Of a DNA stretch of 64,000 nucleotides, positions 54,822 through 64,000 are shown piece by piece. The position numbers were made by a program, and so were the translations under genes. The notes below the pieces were generated by a model. That model made no database searches, was not told the DNA's origin, and saw only the letters and a program-made list of their open reading frames with translations. The stretch's first letter is position 1. Each line of letters opens with the position of its first letter. The DNA comes from Eledone cirrhosa (taxonomy: Eukaryota): positions 41,168,001-41,232,000 of the forward strand of contig OZ024744.1 in assembly GCA_964016885.1 (NCBI GenBank), given 5' to 3'.

Positions 54822-54888
54822 TTTTATTATGCGCATTTCAAAAACAAACATCATCATGCAATAATATTTGTGTTTTCATCAGATAAAA
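54822..54888 (-). ncRNA. Type I hammerhead ribozyme (mirror copy)
   Basis: Reverse complement of 55002-55068. Confidence 0.75.
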
Positions 54889-55001
54889 CAGGAGAACATG
54901 ATATGAAGGCTAAAAAACACTTGTGGATAGTGCAGTTTTAAATCAACATATCAACTGCACTATCCACAAGTGTTTTTTAGCCTTCATATCATGTTCTCCT
55001 G

Positions 55002-55068
55002 TTTTATCTGATGAAAACACAAATATTATTGCATGATGATGTTTGTTTTTGAAATGCGCATAATAAAA
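55002..55068 (+). ncRNA. Type I hammerhead ribozyme with 36-nt stem II
   Basis: TTTTAT-CTGATGA-AAACACAAATATTATTG/CATGATGATGTTTGTTTTT-GAAA-TGCGCA-TA-ATAAAA. Confidence 0.8.
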
Positions 55069-55489
55069 TACATGGAACTCCTTTAACCATCTTTTGATCT
55101 TATATTATGTATACTCCAGTCCTACAAACTGTAGAGTGCTTCTTATCCGATATCTGCATTGCTTTATTGTACTACAATAAAACTCACCTCCTACATTATA
55201 TATAAATATATATATATATATAAACATATATATATATATAAATATATATAAATATATATATATATAAATATATATATATATAAATATATATATAAATATA
55301 TATGTCGATAAATCTACCAAAATATACGGTAGTGTCCAATCCGTATGAATAACTCAATGTAATCCGAATATCATGAAAAGAGATGTATTCAAAAAAATTT
55401 TTCGGTGAAAAATAACGGAAAACAGAGTCAAGATAAATTAATAAAATAATGAATAAACAAAGAAACAGTTCCTTATATTAAAAAATTCA

Positions 55490-55621
55490 TCATTTTACGA
55501 TCGTTTCTAGGATATATATTTTAGTGTTGGTATGCATATCCTATAGATCTGTGTAAATTTTTTACAAACTATCAGAGGGAATATACATACCCATACATAT
55601 ATATGCTGTCTTCAGAAATAA
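55490..55621 (-). ncRNA. Hammerhead-like motif with ~100-nt branched stem II region
   Basis: TTATTT-CTGAAGA-(~100 nt)-GAAA-CGATCG-TA-AAATGA. Confidence 0.5.
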
Positions 55622-56130
55622 TGATATTTGTTTATTGAAAAAAACCAACAAAGATTTAATACAATAGGTCCGTTTGGGAACAGGTTTTGAATTGACCAAT
55701 AGAAAGATAGTGAAGGTCAAGATGGTAAAATAGTAGTAAAAGAACCTTAATTTATGGGTAGAGGAAGGTAGATTTCAGTTTTGGATGGAAAGAATATTAT
55801 GAATGAAAGATTAATTTAGGGATGAAAATAGGTCATATGCTGACCTCAGAAATAATTATATTTGTTCATTGAATAAACAGACCTACTATATTAAATCGTT
55901 GTTGGTTTTATTCAATGAACAAATATAATTGGTATGGTGTCTCCTTGAAGGGGGAAAGTTGTAAATGTCATTCTGGCGGAGATGATTTCTAGGGTTTTTG
56001 TTCCTTCTTATGGTAGCGAGGTTGGGAAGTTCATCTTCGGTATGGTGCTTCCTTCTTCGTTTGTTAGTGGCTTGAGGGTTTGCGAAGTTGTTATGGGTTT
56101 TTCTATTTTTATGAACGGGTTATTGGAGGT

Positions 56131-56824
56131 CTAATCCGTTTGAAAAGTCGATTCATAGTGTAGGAACCAAGCGGCACTTTTTTCCCAGCGTTGAAGGGAT
56201 TTCAATTCTTCTCTGTTGCAGTCCCCTTTCCATAACTTGGAGATCTTCTCTACCTTGGGGCCTTCAGTTTTATTGTTGATTTCCAGGAGGATCTCTTCAT
56301 CGATGGTTTTGATTTTTTCCTCATTTGTCTGGGCCCTCAGTTTAAGAAGTTCAATTTCTGTCTTCATTTTTTCCAATGCCATTCTTTCCCTAAGGTGTCT
56401 TTGTGGTTCGGGTTCATTTTGAATGGACTTTATTTGTATTTTACGGGGGAGAGTTAGAGGGGTTGAGTTAAGCTATTTTTCATATATCTCCGCTTTGTTG
56501 TGATTTTTTATCATCTTCCAGAATGAGAACTTTCTGTCTCTGAGGGATTTGTTCCATTTTGGAATTGTTCGAATTTTCATTTTGTATCTCACATGGTTCT
56601 TCGTTGGTTTTTCCTGGGTTGGTAGTAGTGAACATAGTTTGGAGAGTATCGCAAAGGTTTTGGAGTTTATCGCCGATTTCGGAGGGTTTGTATCCGGTGA
56701 CGGTTTCCTTATTTGTGGAGTCAAGTTTGTCGACCAGCACAGAAAGGTTGGTGTTAATTTTCTTGAGTTCCTGTAGAATCTCTTCATTTGTGTTGATAAG
56801 AGTTGTATCTGTTTTTGTTGGCAT
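56131..56824 (-). pseudogene. Disrupted ORF for an unidentified helical/coiled-coil protein
   Basis: Overlapping frames join as MPTKTD..EEILQELKKIN../IPKWNKSLRDRKFSFWKMIKNHNKAEIYEK*..MKTEIELLKLRA..LWKGDCNREELKSLQRWE; no known domain recognised. Confidence 0.55.
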
Positions 56825-57108
56825 TTTCTGTATCTCGTGTGAGGGTATGATATTTAAAAGAATACTTATTATATATTGGTAAACGGAATAGAAAATGGTG
56901 ACAAATTGTTCACAGTGAAAAGTAGTTTAATTAGGAATAAGTGAGAATTAGTAATAGTATTGGTTAGTATTGAGTTTTGGTTTTAAGTTTTAACGGTTGC
57001 GCATTTCTAATGCTTTTCAAAAATAATTATATATATATATATAATTATTTTTGAAAAGCATTAGAAATGCGCAACCGGTGAATATATGTATATATATATA
57101 TATATATA

Positions 57109-57819
<711 letters not shown>

Positions 57820-57820
<1 letters not shown>

Positions 57821-58042
57821 TTCTTAATTCTAAGGCCTTTTGATTCTAGGCCATGCTTCCATGTTTCGAATTTCTTCTCTAGTTCAGCCATTTATTCAGC
57901 TATGAGCGTTAGATCATCTGCGTATAGGAGTTCCCCTGGGCAGCCGGTCTTGAACTCTACTATTATAGCCTGAAGGGCAATAATAAATAGTAGGGGGCTA
58001 AGAACGGAGCCCTGATGAATACCAACTTTTACGCTAAACTCT

Positions 58043-58048
<6 letters not shown>
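57820..58048 (-). mobile_element. RTE RT fragment
   Basis: GIHQGSVLSPLLF..LLYADDL. Confidence 0.8.
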
Positions 58049-58077
<29 letters not shown>

Positions 58078-58230
58078 CCACACATATATACATATATATA
58101 AATAATAATAGGGAGTATAATCGAAGCTGCAACTGTGAATAGTAGTTTCAAAATCGATTTTCTGAGGCTGCCAATAAACACTCATTGAGACGATATCAAT
58201 AATTCGATAAATTATTGCTCAGAGTAATAA

Positions 58231-58412
58231 TTGTTTCTACTTTTGCCACAAGGCCAGCAATTACCCAGTGAATTACTGGTACCTTATTTTATGGACCCCA
58301 TAAGGATGAAAGGCAAAGTTAACCCCGGCGGGATTTGAACTCAGAATGGCAAGGGCCGTAACTCTATGCGTCAAAGCATGGCGTCCGACCCTCTACCGAT
58401 ACTGCCAATCCA
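58231..58412 (-). mobile_element. SINE family B
   Basis: Homologous to 33593-33776. Confidence 0.85.
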
Positions 58413-59120
58413 CAATATTAGTTAGATATGGGACACAGTGAATTGCGACCAGAGGCTTGCTGCCACCTTAATATGACAACAACAAAAATACAAACAGGTT
58501 AAAAATGCACCTGGACCAGAACGATAGATATTATATAAACATCTTCGATTAGTTTCTGGGAATCCATAAGCTACACTCCAACTTGCATAACATGCAAGTC
58601 AGTAATGTATCTTCAGATGGAAAAAGGATATTTCTCTTTCGACAGGCATTTCGTTCCGTTATCCACTGAGCATGGCTTATTAACTCCACTGGACTATAGC
58701 AATAACAAGAAAAGAGGAAGTTCATATGTGGGCATTGGCGGGTACAAAAGTGTGAACAAAGGAATTCATTCACAGCCTCGAAATAAGCTCTCAACTAGGT
58801 TTTCAAACAAGCAATAAAAAATCAATTAATCAATTAATCAACTAATTAATTAATTATAAAGGCTAAGAGAAAATAATAATAATAATAGTGAGTATAATCG
58901 AAGTTGCAGAGGAAAAAGATATATGTATATATACCCGCATGACCGGCTACTGCCCACAACAGGACAACCAGTCCAACCCATTCTAACGTCGAAGAAGGGA
59001 CGTAAAACGGTGATCATGATATAGAGAGAAAGAGCATACATCATAGAAGAAACAGTATATTGTATATTTACAAAATACATATCTATAGAAGAATATGTAC
59101 ATAGGTGGAATCATAAGAGA

Positions 59121-59270
59121 AACCTTATAGTACTATTTCATACCTGGAGAGTATCTCAAAATCTATCTATGTAATTGATCATCGAAAAATTCAATCAATA
59201 TAATCAATCATCGAAGACAAACTATCGATTAGAATTAAACTCCAGGAGACTCAGGTACTCATCAAACGTT
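59121..59270 (-). ncRNA. Degenerate hammerhead with ~120-nt stem II
   Basis: AACGT-TTGATGA-GTACCTG...CAGGTAT-GAAA-TAGTACTA-TA-AGGTT. Confidence 0.55.
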
Positions 59271-59389
59271 AGTCTCACCATTCTAAGGGAAATATAGAAT
59301 GAAGATGGTAAATAAGACAATATACTTGCCAATATCTTTAGAGATGTTTAACGCAACCACCATGGTGAAAACCACTTGGTGTTATATAT

Positions 59390-61560
59390 ATCATCATCAT
59401 CGTTTAACATCTATCTTCCACGCTAGCCTAGGTTTAGACGGGAATTGTCCCACTTGAGGCAAGATTGGTCGTCTCGCTCGTATAGTACTGTCTGGTAGAT
59501 TTTCTACGGCTGGATCCCCTTTCTAAAACCAACCACGTTTAAAGTGTGGACTGGGAGGTTTTTACTGTGTTACCTACAGGGCCACATTACAGCGTGGACT
59601 GTGTGTTCTTTTGTCGTGACACCGACACGACCTCATTTATTTAGGACTGAATGTTGTGGTACCAACATAACATTACAGAGAAAGAGGAGGTGTTGATGGG
59701 GGTGGGAGTTGTGGTAGTGGGAGTTGAGGTAGTGGGATGGGGGTGTATATTTTGTTAGGAGGGGCCTATTGACTGTAGGTTTCGCTTTGTACATAGGCAA
59801 CAGCGGGTCTTCTGTATTACTTCGTAGCGCCAAAGATCTCGGTCCAGTGACATTGTCTTAGAGAGGAATTTATCAAGTCGTCCCAGGTTTTTCTGGGTCT
59901 GCCTACTCCGTAACTTCCATCAATTTTGATCTCCCTGCACTTTTTTATACAGCTGTCGTCTTTGATGCGCATCATGTGACCATACCAACGTAGTCTTCTC
60001 TCGAGTAAACAGCATCTGATCTCTCTTATTCCTAATTTCTCACTTAGTTCATTTATGCTTTGTCGTTCACGTATATTACTATTACACATCCAACGGAGCA
60101 TGCAAGCTTCGTTCCTCTCCAGTCTGCGCAGATCCTCTGCACACTATGCCCATGTCTCACTGCCATGTAACATTGCTGTTCGTATGCAGGCATCATACAG
60201 TCTGCCTTTCATTTTTAGAGAGAACCCTTTAGCGGCCAATAGTGGTATAAGCTCTCTGAACGTTTTCCATCCAGTTCTGACTCTAGCTACTGTACTTTCA
60301 GAGCACCCTCCACCACTGCTGATTTTGTCACCTAGGTAACGGAAGGTGTCCACTATTTTTATAGAACCATCTGGGCAATGGAAGGAGGTAGCATCCAGCA
60401 GACCCTTGCTACTTATTGCATCTGGGCATCGGCCACTTATAAAATCTACGTTCTTAGATAGCATACCTGTGATCCCACTACTTCTTTTATGCACACACAC
60501 TTTGCATTTGGGACATAAAATGGAGTTTCTGCCTACTCTTTTCCTACACACTTAGCATGGCTATTTCCCAGAGGGGACCTGTGCCCTATCTTCCTTCCTA
60601 CATACTAGAACTTTAGTCTTAGACAAGTTAACTTTAAGGCCTTTTGATTCTAGGCCATGCTTCCATGTTTGTAATTTCTTCTCTAGTTCAGCCATTGATT
60701 CAGCTATGAGAGTTAGATCATCTGCATATAGAAGTTCCCATGGGAAGCTGGTCTTGAACTCCTCTGTTATAGCATTAAGGGCAATAATAAGAAGCAGGGG
60801 ACTAAGGACAGAGCCCTGATGAACACTAACATTTACGCTAAACTCTTCACTATATTCGTTGTTAATTCTAACATGGCTGACTGTTTCTTTATACATGGTT
60901 TGTATAGCTCTCACAAGCCATTCTTCAACATCTAGTTTTCTAAGGGTCCACTAGATAATAGAGCGGGGGACTCTGTGAAAGGCTTTCTCCAAGTCAACAA
61001 AAGCTAAGTATACGGGTTTACTTTTAGCTAGGTATTTCTCCTGTCGTTGTCGTTGTCGTACAATGAAAAGAGCGTATGTGCTACTTTTACCTGACACAAA
61101 CCCAAACTGCATTTCGTCTCGATCAATTCGCTCTCGGATTAGTTGTGCTATGACTCTTTCTGTGACCTTCATGGCCTGGTAAATTAATTTAATGCCCCTA
61201 TAGTTTGCCCTATCTAGGGCATCTCCTTTACCCTTGTAGCAGTTAATGATGATGCTGCTACGCCTGTTGTTTGGTATGACTCCATTCTGTATTACTTGGT
61301 TAACTATACGGGTGACCATAGTGTGTCCCACCATTCCAGATGCCTTCAACATCTCAGCAACTATCTCCGAAGGCCCAGCTGCCTTGCGTGCCTTCATATT
61401 TTTGATTGTCTTATTTATTATATTACCTTCAACTTGCACCGCTTAAAGACCTCTTAAAGTGCCTACATTCATGGTACCAACTCTGAAGTTTTGGATTTCG
61501 TTGGGTGGATGGAAGGGAAGGGTTGGAGGTGTAGGGTGGGGTGAGGGAGATGGGGTTAAG
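59390..61560 (-). mobile_element. RTE family A with internal deletion (APE start joined to RT)
   Basis: NFRVGTMNVGTLRG (APE N-terminus) next to KAAGPSEI..YRGIKL..YADD..PHD..GRPRKTW; 3' UTR and (GAT)n tail. Confidence 0.88.
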
Positions 61561-62445
61561 TTTGCCATCCGTGTCTGAAATAAAGAGGAGTCCTTACATT
61601 CTCGTCCGGCAACATGAGCTGAATTTATCTTTATCTTTGACATTGACATTGAGTGTCCAGTTTCTTCAGACTCTACAGAATCTATAGTCCATCTAGCATA
61701 TCGAAAAGCAACCAGGTCTAAACTTAAGAGTGATAGCTTAGGCGGTGGTTTTGTGAAAGAGATTGGTAAGAGAAACATATAAGCCGCTGAATTATGAATG
61801 GACCAAATAGTAATGGTGGCATGAGGGAGGATATGGAACTTAACGAGAAGATTATTAAACGAACGTATAACAGCAATCAGAGTTTAAATACGAGAAGATT
61901 GTCGAATAAAATTGAAAAGATTGGATTCTAAGTTAGACGGACGATATAATGAAAACGTGGAGAGACAAGAAAATGGAGTGAAATACATAAAATTTCTCAA
62001 AACGACCGTTCGGAAACGATAAGGATATGGATTCGAAGAATTCTGAGATTCGATAACTCACGAGAAGGTTCATTTTATATTTGCGGAGAGAGAGGGAGAG
62101 GGAGTGAGAGAACCTGTGAGTGTATAAACAATATATTAGGGAGACAGAGAAGTGAAGAAGGAAAGAGCTTTCTGAACGAGGTTATTTTTATAATATAATC
62201 CTACAAATTCGACCATAATTAAAAGAAAGTATAACAGTAATCAGAGTTTAAATACGAGAAGATTCTCGAATAAAAAAAAAATAAAAAAAAAATATTGAGT
62301 ATATGTTGGTTGTTTACCGACACCTGAGTATGCAGATTGGAGCACTCGACGAAGTACGCAGGCTGGTTTGTTTACTCCGGAGTAATGTAAAATAATTAAG
62401 TCAAATATGTAATGTTTGGCATCGTTTATATTAAATTATAGATAT

Positions 62446-62500
62446 ACTGCTATATATATATCGGTGACAGCCATCATTGGCTGTGACCTCTTCAGGCAGT
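62446..62500 (-). ncRNA. Type I hammerhead with one core substitution (GAUA)
   Basis: ACTGC-CTGAAGA-GGTCACAGCC/GGCTGTCACC-GATA-TATATA-TA-GCAGT. Confidence 0.65.
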
Positions 62501-64000
62501 CCGAATTGGTGTGGGAAAGACAGGTACACATGTTGTTGAAGTGTGTTTTACTCCGTCAATACACCGATATGTCCAGCTCCTGGTTGTATTGTTATTCCTC
62601 TCAGGAACTGGAATTATATAGATTAGAACAAACGAATTTCGGCGTCATAGAACACGTTCGCATCCCATTGGTCAGTTGTGAGAACATTCCTCAGTCAAAA
62701 GTCTATAACAATTAAATGTATAGGAAATTGTCAAATGGATTAACACGGTTATTAGATGAAACAATAATAACAATAAATGCTTTGGTTATACCTGGAATGT
62801 TTAATGTTCCGAAGAAAGGACTGCAGTGATTAACACGTGAAGGTCCCATGGTGGGGATCCCATCACGTGGTTAATCGCCAGAGCGAAGCTATTGACGTCT
62901 GCTTTCTTCGGACGATGCAGTCAGACTTCCCCATTTGTACCAGCTGCTGATGTGATTGTCATACAAAGGGAGGCAACTCTTGCTACATTATCTCCCGCCA
63001 GATTTTTAAAACATAAAAATCGAATCAACCATGTATGAAGTAAGATAGCGAGCATGTCACACCAAAGTCCAGGCATGAAAATTACAAAAAAATAATGTTT
63101 GCAATAAAAGCAGAACAGCAAAATATAAGCATGCAAAAATTAATGATAGATATCAAGATAGCCAACCGCTCTTGATCAGAGAACAACTGGACATCTATCT
63201 ATCCATCACACAACGATACAATGTAATCAACTTAAAAGAAGAGGTCAAAGGAGCAAAGAAACGTGCTCGAATATAATTATAAACAAAGTTCAAATGTTCA
63301 AAATACAGTTCACAGGTATGTAAGCACATGACAGCAGGAAAGGGAGTGTGTCCTCACGAGAATGTATGCAGGTGGTTTCTGGACTGTGGTACAACGTGAA
63401 ATTCCCAACCTCCGGAAGCGGTGGGATTTTCTCACAGAAGAGTGCTGCAAAAATAAATTCTCTGTGTTTTGTTCTGCTGGTTTTGGTTGTTGATAAATCA
63501 AAGATGAAGCTGTGTTGTTGTTGTTGATGTTACTGATGTCTCACGGAGAAAAACAAATATCTCAAAAGTTGCCGCAAGCAAAAGAAATTCAGTCACAGTA
63601 CAAGAAATAGCAGCGAGAGTCCGAAGGGTGGATCTGTGATAGCCATTATGAAACAAGATGGCGTCGCATTTCTTTTCCAAAACAAGGATATGGTCGCGTG
63701 ACGAGGCTAAGCCAATCAGATGGCTGTATTTGAAGAAGAAGCAAAGATGGCGGTGCCGATAATGAAATCAAAAAGTCCAAAAGCGGGAAAAAGGCGGCCA
63801 TCTTGAATTTTTTGCGTTTAGACTGTGAAAACCTTTTTTGCAATGAACGTGTGAAGGTTTAAAATCAGCAAATACAATGTGCATTTCGAAAAACCAATGC
63901 CAAATATCCGATTTTGTTCGTTAAAAGTCGTAACGATACATAATCAGTGAAAAGCAACAAATTAATCTTCGAAGCACGTGCGAAAGAAATTTTCATGTGA

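Larger units (their letters stand above)
54782..55108. repeat. ~156-bp perfect inverted repeat with 15-bp spacer
   Basis: 54782-54937 versus 54953-55108. Confidence 0.9.

Noticed and set aside
58549-58817. Short ORF after an acceptor-like tcttcag
   Set aside because: No homology recognised and no supporting exons

Overview
AT-rich, microsatellite-dense animal DNA that looks cephalopod/octopus-like (an inference from the repeat types). I could not support any host protein-coding gene; the window is almost entirely transposable elements. (1) A ~20-kb nest (~10.9-30.6 kb) built around (AAT)n tracts. It holds Tx1/L1-clade LINEs on the minus strand (one full-length copy with an intact 1139-aa APE-RT ORF2), R4/Dong-type RT-CCHC-RLE elements on the plus strand (one with an uninterrupted 966-aa ORF), and a tRNA-derived SINE. 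(2) Many RTE-clade fragments with (GAT)n tails and a PHD-type zinc finger inside the RT. (3) A split CR1-like element, a CRE-like RLE fragment, a second R4-like family, a DD37D (maT) Tc1/mariner relic and a Helitron-like relic. (4) Many Penelope-like element (PLE) remnants next to (TA)n tracts, with inverted repeats, GIY-YIG C-termini and about 15 hand-folded type I hammerhead ribozyme (HHR) motifs from several unrelated sequence families. Unusual HHR variants include a full-size family with a consistent U4A core, versions with a 36-120 nt stem II, and a compensated U3-A8 core. All family calls and folds were made by eye; coordinates of degenerate elements are approximate.
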